From a bacterium (GTDB taxonomy: Bacteria > Patescibacteriota > Patescibacteriia > Magasanikbacterales > GWA2-37-8), in NCBI GenBank assembly GCA_043821725.1, contig JBDRCM010000012.1, positions 1-62,881 of the forward strand: DNA of 62,881 nt. Direction: 5' to 3'. How positions within the stretch are numbered: the first letter of the stretch is position 1; every line of letters starts with the position of its first letter. The notes beneath the pieces are model-generated. The model ran no database searches, was not told the DNA's origin, and worked only from the letters and a program-made list of their open reading frames with translations. Positions 1 through 8,791 of the stretch are shown here, piece by piece. The translations under genes were made by a program, and so were the position numbers.

Positions 1-186
1 GACAGGCAGAAAAACGATCAGGATGACAGGCAGAAAAACGATCAGGATGACAGGCAGAAAAACGATCAGGATGACAGGCAGAAAAACGATCAGGATGACA
101 GGCAGAAAAACGATCAGGATGACAGGCAGAAAAACGCTCAGGATGACAGGCAGAAAAACGCTCAGGATGACAGGCAGAAAAACGCT
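1..186. repeat. 24-bp tandem repeat array, unit GACAGGCAGAAAAACGATCAGGAT. There are 5 identical copies, then 2 copies with CGATC->CGCTC, then a partial copy. The array is cut by the window edge.
   Basis: Direct reading: identical units at 1-24, 25-48, 49-72, 73-96 and 97-120; variants at 121-144 and 145-168; partial copy at 169-186. Several frames are open on both strands, so coding status is unresolved. Confidence 0.95.
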
Positions 187-272
187 TGTTATTTGGCTAA
201 TAATAGCACATTATATTGAATAACTTACAATGAGTTCAATCAGTACTCATCAAATAACACCATTTAAACTTT

Positions 273-833
273 ATGAATACATACAAAACAAGTAATGAAT
301 CTTCAACAGTATTCGGCGAAGCTGTAAAACCCAATAATAAAAAAGATCGCTATTTGTCATTGGAGGATAAAGTTATAGTTGATCCTGAAATGCTCGCAAC
401 AGCTGAGAAAATGCTTAAACCGGTTGAAAAAAAGGTTATAGAACTAATTGACGCACTTTCCGATGAAATTCAACTTACTAAAAAAAGTATAGTTATTGAG
501 AAAGCATCATCGGACCCAATTAATGGAAATAGAGGCAGAGGATCGTATCTGTCTCCGAGCGCTAAAATAGCTGATGCAAAATATTGGATATATATTAACG
601 CGATAAACAAATTTCAAGAAATAATTGAAACCTCCTATTTGGCTGAACAACTGGAAATAGCGGATTCTTATACAGAATATTTGGGACAAAGGATTCAACA
701 AGCAGAAAAGTTATTATTAAAAGAAAATGGCGAGTTAAAAAAAAATATAGTGGCAGAAATTGATAGTTGTAATTTTATTAAGGATCTTTGTAATCAAACA
801 GCCGACTTAATTAGGGAGGAATTAAAAAAATAA
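273..833 (+). CDS. hypothetical protein (186 aa), probably co-transcribed with recG
   Basis: ORF ends 7 nt before the recG start on the same strand. No motif recognised. Confidence 0.6.
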   Translation: MNTYKTSNESSTVFGEAVKPNNKKDRYLSLEDKVIVDPEMLATAEKMLKPVEKKVIELIDALSDEIQLTKKSIVIEKASSDPINGNRGRGSYLSPSAKIADAKYWIYINAINKFQEIIETSYLAEQLEIADSYTEYLGQRIQQAEKLLLKENGELKKNIVAEIDSCNFIKDLCNQTADLIREELKK

Positions 834-840
834 TATTTTA

Positions 841-2985
841 ATGGACTTAAACACAAATGTTGAACAATTAAGCGCAGTTGGCAAGACAGTTGCAAAGCGC
901 TTGGCACGGCTTAATATTAAAACAGCGCGCGACCTTCTGTATTATTTTCCATTCCGCTATGAGGATTATCGGGATATAGTGAAGATAAAGGATCTGCGCG
1001 ACAAGCAGACAGCCACAGTAAGAGCAAAGGTGGACTTCATATCAAACAAAAGGTCTTGGAAGAAAAAGAGAATAATTACAGAAGCTTTAGTGAGCGATGA
1101 TACCGGAAGCATGCGCGTTGTATGGTTTGGTCAGCCATTTATTACAAAAAATCTTGACAGTGGCCAAGATGTTTTTTTGTCAGGCAAAATAAAAGAAGAT
1201 ATGCTTGGCTCACAAATGGTAGGACCTGCTTATGAAAAAGCAACTGCCACAATGCCAGACCATGGCAAAAACAGATTGGAAACTGTGCATACTGCGCGTT
1301 TAATTCCAATTTATCCGCTCACAGCCAATATCACCCAAAAGCAGATTCGCTTTTTAGTCAGTCAGGTGATAGGGTTGTCAGACAAAATAGATGAATGGCT
1401 TGACCGATCAATTTTAGAGCATGCTGACTTGATTCCAATTGGACATGCTATTCGCGGGATTCATTTTCCAATTGATGAGAATGATTTTAAGCAAAGCTCT
1501 GACCGGCTGAAGTTTGACGAATTGTTTCACCTTCAGCTTAAAGCGCAAATTTCAAGGCGCGAGAAAAGCAAGTTAAAAGCCAATCCTCTTGCATTTAAAG
1601 AAAAGCAGATTAAAAACTTTGTGAAGTCGCTTCCTTTTACTCTTACAAAACCGCAGAAAATTTCAAGCTGGGAGATTTTGCAGGATTTGGGCAGGAGCGT
1701 GCCTATGAACCGCTTGCTTTCCGGCGATGTCGGGTCAGGCAAGACTGTCGTGGCAGTAATGGCAATATTAAATACCGTGCTAAACAATAGCCAGGCCGTG
1801 TTAATGGCTCCAACTGAAATATTGGCAGTTCAGCATTATAAGTCAGTAAGTAATTTGCTTGGTAAAAGCCACACAATTGGATTATATACGCAGTCCGAGA
1901 TTGAGCTGGACAATCGAAAATTGCCTGTGACGAAAAGCGCGCGGAAAAAACAATTTTTGTCGCTTCTTAAATCAGGCGACATCAAGATTTGCATTGGAAC
2001 ACATGCTCTTTTATCTGAAACAGTTGATTTTAAAAAATTAGGGTTGGTAATTGTTGATGAACAGCACAGGTTTGGAGTTGAACAAAGAAAGACCATCAAG
2101 GAAAAGCACAAAGGTGCACATTTTTTGTCAATGACAGCCACTCCAATTCCGCGCTCGTTGGCTCTTCTTTTTTATGGCGATCTTGATATATCAATAATTA
2201 ATGAATTGCCACCTGGGCGAAGGCCGATTATTACGCGAGTTGTGGAGTTGAAAAATCGCAATAAAGCGTATGATTTTATTGCTAAACAGATAAAATGTGG
2301 ACGGCAAATTTTTGTTGTCTGCCCGCTGATTGAAGAAAAAATAATTGACAATTGCAGTGAAGATTATGATTCAACGGCCTACGGTGATTTAAGCGTTTAT
2401 GGCGAAAAGAAAACTGTAATGAATGAATACAAAAAATTGTCTGAAAAGATATTCCCGAATTTCAAAATCAACTATCTTCATGGAAAGATGAAGCCGATTG
2501 ACAAACAAAAGGCAATGGATGAATTTAAGAATCATTTAATTGATATTTTGGTAAGCACTTCTGTTGTTGAAGTTGGGGTTGATATTCCAAACGCAAGCGT
2601 AATGATGGTTGAGGGAGCCGAGAGATTCGGGCTTGCCCAGCTACACCAGTTCAGAGGGAGAGTAGGAAGATCAAGTCATCAGTCATACAACTTTTTGTTT
2701 ATGGAAAAATCAAGCGAAAAAGCAGTTCGTCGGCTTGATTATTTTGAAAAAAACAGTGACGGCTTTAAGCTTGCTGAAAAGGATCTGCAAATGCGCGGGC
2801 CGGGCGAGGTTTTTGGTTTTCAACAGAGCGGTAAAATGAATTTACGCCTTGCTCGTCTTACAGACAGGGATATTATAAAAAAAGCGCGTGATTGCGCGCG
2901 GTTGGTTATGGATAATCAAGGAAAATACAAAATGCTAATCAGGAGCTTGCTCGGCTCTGAAAAACAAGCTGTGCATTTTGAGTAA
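841..2985 (+). CDS. recG: ATP-dependent DNA helicase RecG
   Basis: 714 aa. Walker A GDVGSGKT, DEQHRFG box, TATPIPRS and QLHQFRGRVGR helicase motifs. Confidence 0.93.
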   Translation: MDLNTNVEQLSAVGKTVAKRLARLNIKTARDLLYYFPFRYEDYRDIVKIKDLRDKQTATVRAKVDFISNKRSWKKKRIITEALVSDDTGSMRVVWFGQPFITKNLDSGQDVFLSGKIKEDMLGSQMVGPAYEKATATMPDHGKNRLETVHTARLIPIYPLTANITQKQIRFLVSQVIGLSDKIDEWLDRSILEHADLIPIGHAIRGIHFPIDENDFKQSSDRLKFDELFHLQLKAQISRREKSKLKANPLAFKEKQIKNFVKSLPFTLTKPQKISSWEILQDLGRSVPMNRLLSGDVGSGKTVVAVMAILNTVLNNSQAVLMAPTEILAVQHYKSVSNLLGKSHTIGLYTQSEIELDNRKLPVTKSARKKQFLSLLKSGDIKICIGTHALLSETVDFKKLGLVIVDEQHRFGVEQRKTIKEKHKGAHFLSMTATPIPRSLALLFYGDLDISIINELPPGRRPIITRVVELKNRNKAYDFIAKQIKCGRQIFVVCPLIEEKIIDNCSEDYDSTAYGDLSVYGEKKTVMNEYKKLSEKIFPNFKINYLHGKMKPIDKQKAMDEFKNHLIDILVSTSVVEVGVDIPNASVMMVEGAERFGLAQLHQFRGRVGRSSHQSYNFLFMEKSSEKAVRRLDYFEKNSDGFKLAEKDLQMRGPGEVFGFQQSGKMNLRLARLTDRDIIKKARDCARLVMDNQGKYKMLIRSLLGSEKQAVHFE

Positions 2986-3109
2986 AATCATCCGCTTGTT
3001 GGAAGCAACTCTTTTTCACAAGTATTTGAAAAGCTGTCCAATCTTTTTAATCTGTCCGCATTGCTCATTCCGATTTTTGACCAGTCAAACCCTCTTGGAT
3101 CCAATTTTT

Positions 3110-5095
3110 TTACTTTGCGCATCTTGATATTCCTTTTATATATGATCTGATATATGATTCAGCGCCTGCGACTGCCGCACATCTTAATCCTTTTCTCGTA
3201 CCATCAAAGCATACGCCAATTCGACCCTCTGGACGCGGATTAGGTACAATACAGCCTCCAACAGTGGTTTGGCAACATAAATATGAGCCACCGGGGCAAC
3301 CGCCACCAAAGTCATGTTTTGTAGTTGGAAGCGCCCAAGCATTTGGCGGAATGCAAGATGCTTTTATTAGATAGTCAACACTGACGCCTGATTTTAATTT
3401 CGACAGCAATTCCTCTTCGTTAAATTTTTCTGGCACGCATCTTTTGACTTTTAAGTATAAGTTATAAGAACCTGATCCCATGCCGTAGGCCGAAGCTGCA
3501 GATATCGGATTTGCAGTTTTCTTTGCCCATGTTCTTATTATCGCGGCAACAATAAGATTACCTTCAGCGTCATTTAGGAGCCAGTTACCTATGTCTTGGT
3601 CGGAAGCGCCTAAAGCAGGGCATTCTGGGCATTTTTTTGAGTGTTTATTAATTAGTTGTTCGCGTTGAGAAGCTGTATTAAGTATACCTTTTGCGTTACT
3701 TAAACTAACCTGCCCTAGTCCATAACAACAACCGGTTCTTGCTGTTGGATTCCAACCAGATTCTTTGCCGAGCTGAACGGCAAATAGGCAACCATTGAAG
3801 CCAAATTTATCTGCAATTTCATTTGCGAGTTTTTCATATATTGCATTACTTTTATAATCGTATGTAATTCCTGATACGCCTTCAAAATCGGGCATTTCGG
3901 CTTCTGCAATAAATTTTATCTTCAATGCTTTAAATTCAACAAGATCAGGGTTGATATTATATAGTAGAGCATAAGAGCCCCATGCGATTACAAGACCGAT
4001 GAATATCTGACCAATTTTTTTATACGCGCCTTGCGTTGTTTGCTTTTGATCGCCTTCGCCTTTTGTAATCCAGCCCTGGCCTGTAAGTATTACAATCCCC
4101 TGCATTAATATCATAAGCACGGCAACAATGCTTACAGCCACCATGCTAAATTTGTATAAAGCTGTAATATATTGACCGATCCAAGGGATGTGGATATAGC
4201 CCTCCGAATCCAATGTATTTTTTAAATCAGTTAAGGTCAAGCCGGGTATGCGGATACTTAACTTTGGTTGTTGTAAATCAAGAGTGAGCTTTGTGCCAAG
4301 CAGTGTTGGGGCGCCTTCATACGCCGATAGTGCATCTCCGGCCAGATAACATTTTTTATTAGGAAGATCACATAATGATTTGGAAAGATTACTGCCCATG
4401 GCGCTACATTCTTTGTCAGTGTTGCAATTTCCAACTAATTTAAAACATTCATCTTTAATACATCTTTGGCCTATAGCGCAAGTTTTTGTTCCGCATTTTT
4501 CCAGACTTTCAATATATGGACACTCTAACAATGCAGTGCAGTCTTTGGACACTTTTGTATAAACTTCCGATCCACTTTTATCATATGTGCTACAATTAGT
4601 ATGCGTCCACGCTGTTTTGCATCCAATAGTTGTTTTAGTTGTTCCTCCAACCATGGTGCCAACACAACAGAGTCCTGTTATTGTGGAGCCACCGCTCGTA
4701 GCAGGAGGAGCTGTACCCGGAATTATTTTTTCACATAAGTTTGTCGCAAACTTACATTCTTCATTTACTGAACAGTCTTCATTAGAAGCACAGGTACACT
4801 TTTTTTCTTTTGCGTCATAACCATGTTTGCATCCTGTAGCCTCGCATTGCCCGCTGGTTGTGTCGCATTTTCCGCTTGTGCATTCGCTATTGCTTTTGCA
4901 TTTGGTGTTGCAAATCTTATTTATGGAATCGCAGATTAAATTTGGCACACTATTGCACTCCGAATCATTGGTACAATTTTCTCCAACATTTTTTGCAACT
5001 GTATTTGAAGGCGAAAAAATATTAAAAAAACAGGCGAACAACACGACTACTATCATGATTTTGAATGCCTTTATCATAATTCTATTCTTCAACAA
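3110..5095 (-). CDS. exported cysteine-rich membrane protein with a lytic transglycosylase (SLT-like) domain
   Basis: 661 aa. N-terminal signal anchor, then a Cys-rich region with C-x2-[DNS]-x-[DE]-C modules (CTNDSEC, CKSNSEC, CASNEDC, CNTDKEC). Two central TM helices follow, then the GKESGWNP...YGLGQV motif typical of SLT catalytic domains, then a Cys-rich C-terminus. Confidence 0.7.
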   Translation of the reverse strand: MLKNRIMIKAFKIMIVVVLFACFFNIFSPSNTVAKNVGENCTNDSECNSVPNLICDSINKICNTKCKSNSECTSGKCDTTSGQCEATGCKHGYDAKEKKCTCASNEDCSVNEECKFATNLCEKIIPGTAPPATSGGSTITGLCCVGTMVGGTTKTTIGCKTAWTHTNCSTYDKSGSEVYTKVSKDCTALLECPYIESLEKCGTKTCAIGQRCIKDECFKLVGNCNTDKECSAMGSNLSKSLCDLPNKKCYLAGDALSAYEGAPTLLGTKLTLDLQQPKLSIRIPGLTLTDLKNTLDSEGYIHIPWIGQYITALYKFSMVAVSIVAVLMILMQGIVILTGQGWITKGEGDQKQTTQGAYKKIGQIFIGLVIAWGSYALLYNINPDLVEFKALKIKFIAEAEMPDFEGVSGITYDYKSNAIYEKLANEIADKFGFNGCLFAVQLGKESGWNPTARTGCCYGLGQVSLSNAKGILNTASQREQLINKHSKKCPECPALGASDQDIGNWLLNDAEGNLIVAAIIRTWAKKTANPISAASAYGMGSGSYNLYLKVKRCVPEKFNEEELLSKLKSGVSVDYLIKASCIPPNAWALPTTKHDFGGGCPGGSYLCCQTTVGGCIVPNPRPEGRIGVCFDGTRKGLRCAAVAGAESYIRSYIKGISRCAK

Positions 5096-5750
5096 ACTGT
5101 TTTAAAACATCAGTGAGCTTTATTTCTTCCTGCAAATTTACCCATTTGTTATTTATAAACAAAGTGGGAACACTTCTTATATCAAGTTGCCTTGCCGCAA
5201 TAGTGGAAGATGCAAGCCGTTCCAGCGAGTCAGTTGAATTTACACATGCCCACCATCTTGCCGTGTCAAGATTTAGCGATTGAGCCGTCTTTTTCATTTC
5301 ATCAATGGCAGTATATTTTCTGCTTTGTATGGTAGAGCTTATAAACTGCCAGAATTTTCCCTGATCATGCGCACAAAAAGCGGCTTGATGCTGGATTGTA
5401 TATGGATCGCTGATTATTTTTGGCATTACAATGCTTTTCCATATTATTCGCATCTTTGTTGGATTTGCTTTTACAAAATCAACAAGCGTATTATGAAGCT
5501 CCAAGCATTTTTTGCAGTCAAAATCAATGAATTCAACCGCTGTAATCGGCGCGCCCGGATTTCCATAAATCGGGTCGCTCGCATCGAGTGAGATATTAAA
5601 TGATACAGAGGATACCACAGGCGTGTAGGTTTTTTTAACTGTAATTGAAGATGTAAGCTTAACTTCTTTAATCAAAAGAAATAAAATTATGCCGATGACA
5701 ATTACAAGTATAAGATAAAGTTTTTTATGCCCGCTGTTTGTTGTTGACAT
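5082..5750 (-). CDS. DsbA-like thiol:disulfide oxidoreductase, membrane anchored
   Basis: 222 aa. N-terminal TM helix and thioredoxin-fold CxxC (FDCKKC). The ORF overlaps the start of the downstream Cys-rich gene by 14 nt. Confidence 0.75.
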   Translation of the reverse strand: MSTTNSGHKKLYLILVIVIGIILFLLIKEVKLTSSITVKKTYTPVVSSVSFNISLDASDPIYGNPGAPITAVEFIDFDCKKCLELHNTLVDFVKANPTKMRIIWKSIVMPKIISDPYTIQHQAAFCAHDQGKFWQFISSTIQSRKYTAIDEMKKTAQSLNLDTARWWACVNSTDSLERLASSTIAARQLDIRSVPTLFINNKWVNLQEEIKLTDVLKQFVEE

Positions 5751-5809
5751 ATTAACAAATTGTTTTTTAATTTTTTTTAAGCGAAAAAATCACAGGCATC
5801 TTAAACATC

Positions 5810-7036
5810 TTAAAGTCCTGCCTCATATATGCCGGTTTTATTCTTGTCAGTGAATATTAGTTTTTTCTGAATTGAATCATAATAAATATCATCCACTGTA
5901 TAATTTTCCGCTCCGGTTGAAATCGGCGTCTTAAGCCCTGACTGCAAATCTATTTTATACAAATCATCATATGATTGGTTTGCCACAACAGGGGACATGC
6001 CCGCGCCGGTTGGCAGTGATCGAGGAACAGCGCAAAAAATTGTTTGATCATCTCCAAATGCGCATTTTTCAGCCCAGGTGCTAAGTTCAAGCATTTGCCT
6101 GTTAGATCCTATTGTTTGGCCGTAAGCGTCAACTATCCACAACTCCGGCTTATAGTCGGATCGCGCGCTATATACGTTATATAGCAAATGCTGTCCGCTC
6201 GGCGACCAGCTGGAATCAAAACCAGATCCTTCCACCACCAGTGACTTGAAATTTTCGCCATGCAATCCTACAAGCAATATCTCACGGCGATCTGCTCCCT
6301 TAGCACTGCCGGTTTGTGAAAATGCGACTGACTGTCCGCTTGGCGACCAATCAACAGTAACTTCGTTGGCAAAAGCTCCCATTGGCTCAACAACTTTTGT
6401 GCCAGTGCCATCGTCATTGATTGTCACAAGCCATCTATTTTCATCAGCAAGCCCAATGCTTTTAGCGGCAATTAAACTGCTGTCAGGAGAAAAAGAAAAT
6501 TCTTGCCAGTGCTTTGGAAGAGTCACTTGCTTGTTTTTATCAAAATCATAAATTATTTTTGAATCGTCAGGGTATTCCAGAACTGCTTTATTTGCGGTAT
6601 TTGCCCATGTAACATTTTTTACATTGTAAAATGTCTGGCTGGAAAGCTGTGATATTTTGCCGTCAGATCCTATGCTGTAAAATTTGCCGTCCAAAGCATT
6701 ATGATAGCGAACGAGGCCGGTGTTGCTCATTGAAGTATATCCGGCGTAATCACTGCTTATTTTTTTGACTGGCTCGGGTTGATAATATGTCGGTGAAGTG
6801 GTTGCTTGTATTATTCCGGCAGTTGGCAAATATCCTTCAGGAACAACAACACCCGCTCCAACAGTTGTTGTTCTTTGGCCTGCTGTCGGCAGTTGGCCAA
6901 TAGGAGTTGTTGTTGCTGTTGGGGCTGTCGGGCCGAACAAAGCAACTGTTTTGAACATGTAATATAACCCGTACGCGATTAAAAGAGAAGCAATCAGCAG
7001 GATTACCAGCAAAATGATTTTTTTATATCTGGACAT
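5810..7036 (-). CDS. TolB-like PD40 beta-propeller repeat protein, N-terminally anchored
   Basis: 408 aa. N-terminal TM helix and repeated FSPDSS / WSPSGQ (x2) PD40-type motifs. Confidence 0.6.
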   Translation of the reverse strand: MSRYKKIILLVILLIASLLIAYGLYYMFKTVALFGPTAPTATTTPIGQLPTAGQRTTTVGAGVVVPEGYLPTAGIIQATTSPTYYQPEPVKKISSDYAGYTSMSNTGLVRYHNALDGKFYSIGSDGKISQLSSQTFYNVKNVTWANTANKAVLEYPDDSKIIYDFDKNKQVTLPKHWQEFSFSPDSSLIAAKSIGLADENRWLVTINDDGTGTKVVEPMGAFANEVTVDWSPSGQSVAFSQTGSAKGADRREILLVGLHGENFKSLVVEGSGFDSSWSPSGQHLLYNVYSARSDYKPELWIVDAYGQTIGSNRQMLELSTWAEKCAFGDDQTIFCAVPRSLPTGAGMSPVVANQSYDDLYKIDLQSGLKTPISTGAENYTVDDIYYDSIQKKLIFTDKNKTGIYEAGL

Positions 7037-7066
7037 AAGTTTTTTTTGAAAAAATAATTGTCAAAA

Positions 7067-8785
7067 TCATGTATTTTGTTCGGCCTGGGCTTCCTGCATT
7101 TGCCGTTGCCGGGCCACCGCTTGATTCATCTGCTGTTCTTTTTGCTTCTGCTTGAATACTTTTAAAAGCTCGTTTATTCTTTTTTGAATTTTATTTTTAA
7201 TTTTTTCCAATCTTTTTATTTTCATTTTATGCTTTTTTATTTTTGCATATGTCGTAGCAATGCTTCTAAGGCAGAAATAAATTGCTGGTCCTGTAAGCGG
7301 GCTCGCCCATCCAATGGTAAGCAATGTTGCAATGCCCAGCATTATTATGCTGATTACCAAATTAAATATTTTTCCTTTTAAAAGGGCTATTTGTATTCTT
7401 AGCGAGCGGATTAGGCGATCAATTTTTTTAAGCCGTTTTTTTAATGACCTCAACTGCTTTCTATGCTTTAGTCCCATTATGCCTCTTGCCCGCTTATTAA
7501 TAAAATCCTTGGCGCTGTTTGCGCCACGCTCTCGGATGCCTCTTTTTCTTTTCTTTTCTTTGGCTTTTTTTGACTGCATTTCATCCGCAGCCTTTTGCTG
7601 TTTGTCTTCTTTCAGTCCTTTTTGTTCAGGCACTTCACTATCTTGCGTTGGTTTGGCTTGTTCATCTTTTGACGGTTCTTTTTTTTCTTTTTCTCCGGGT
7701 TTTTGCTCTTCGGGTTTTTCTGTTGTCTGTTTTTCTTCGGGCTTGCTTTCATCTTTTGGTTTTTTTTGGCCTTCTGGCTTTTGTTCTTCAGGCCTTTTTT
7801 CTCCGGGTTTTTTTTCTTCGCCCTCTTCGGGCTTTTTCTCGCCTTCTTTCTCGTCTTTTTTTTCGCCTGCTTTTTCGTCCGATGGTTTTTCTTCAGGTTT
7901 TTTGTGTTCTTTTTCGCCTTTTTTTGGCTCTTCTTTTTTTTCTCCGCCTTTTTGTTCTTCGTCTTCTCCGTCTCCGAGTTTTTCTTCTTCACCTACTCCT
8001 TCTTTTTTACCTTCTTGATCTTGTCCTTGTTCTGCTTGTTTTTCACCTGGTTTTTGTTCCTTGGGCTCACCTTCTGCTTTTTTGCCTTCTGGCGCTTCTC
8101 CGGGTTTTTGTTCGCCTGGTTTTTGTTTTTCTTTATCTTCGTCTGATGGTTTTTCTTCGGGTTTGCCGGCTTCTTCTGGTTTTTGTTCTTCTGATTTTTT
8201 TTCACTTTCTCCTTCTTTGGATTTTTCGCCTTCTTTTTCCGGCTCCAGGCCTTGTTCTGGTTTTTCGCTCTCTGCTTTTTCTTCATTTGGTTTTTGTTCT
8301 TCGTCACCGGCTTCTTGTGGTTCTTGTTCGCCGGGTTCTTGATTTTCTTGCTCCTGTAAAATCGGCTCACCTTCTTCTTGTTGAGGTGCTATTGTTTGGG
8401 CTTGTTTGTTAGAAAGTTCTTCAGAAAGTTCTTCCTGATCTGCTTCAACTGCCGGTTCTTTTTTTGGTTTTTTTACTTCAAAATCCAATTCAACTGCGCC
8501 AGGTGATCCTACATTCCTACGATAGCCAACTCCTTTTACTCCTTGAATGTCAGCAACTTGTTCGCCCATTTCCGTCTTTAAGTCGTCTGAATCCATTTTT
8601 ACGGCTTTTTTCCCCTGCTTATAGCTTGTTTTTTGCGTTATATCAGCGCGCTTGGCAAAAAACGAGCCAGCGCTCTCTATGCCTTTATCGCGTAGTTTTC
8701 GTTTTTTTCTTACCTGCTTTGGGGCCGGCTTTTTTTTATTGTCTTTATTTTCATCCGGCATGAAATTAATGTTAATGTGTTGCAA
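7067..8785 (-). CDS. E/K/P-rich low-complexity protein with a C-terminal TM hairpin
   Basis: 572 aa. A central run of about 300 aa consists of EKPEE/QKPGE-like repeats, followed by a basic segment and hydrophobic helices (IFNLVISIIMLGIATLLTIGW...). The antisense and alternate-frame ORFs here are low-complexity artefacts. Confidence 0.65.
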   Translation of the reverse strand: MQHININFMPDENKDNKKKPAPKQVRKKRKLRDKGIESAGSFFAKRADITQKTSYKQGKKAVKMDSDDLKTEMGEQVADIQGVKGVGYRRNVGSPGAVELDFEVKKPKKEPAVEADQEELSEELSNKQAQTIAPQQEEGEPILQEQENQEPGEQEPQEAGDEEQKPNEEKAESEKPEQGLEPEKEGEKSKEGESEKKSEEQKPEEAGKPEEKPSDEDKEKQKPGEQKPGEAPEGKKAEGEPKEQKPGEKQAEQGQDQEGKKEGVGEEEKLGDGEDEEQKGGEKKEEPKKGEKEHKKPEEKPSDEKAGEKKDEKEGEKKPEEGEEKKPGEKRPEEQKPEGQKKPKDESKPEEKQTTEKPEEQKPGEKEKKEPSKDEQAKPTQDSEVPEQKGLKEDKQQKAADEMQSKKAKEKKRKRGIRERGANSAKDFINKRARGIMGLKHRKQLRSLKKRLKKIDRLIRSLRIQIALLKGKIFNLVISIIMLGIATLLTIGWASPLTGPAIYFCLRSIATTYAKIKKHKMKIKRLEKIKNKIQKRINELLKVFKQKQKEQQMNQAVARQRQMQEAQAEQNT

Positions 8786-8791
8786 TGCCGT

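Noticed and set aside
1-186. Could the regular 24-bp repeats be a CRISPR array?
   Set aside because: The units are directly adjacent with no spacers, so the period equals the repeat length. There are no cas genes nearby. It is a simple tandem repeat.
7184-8412. Several long ORFs on the + strand and in alternate minus frames (7314-8018, 7519-8412, 7612-7992, 7703-8146, 7993-8370)
   Set aside because: All lie inside the E/K/P-rich low-complexity gene. Their products are monotonous F/L/S or K/N strings, as expected from reading a purine-rich repeat in other frames or in antisense.
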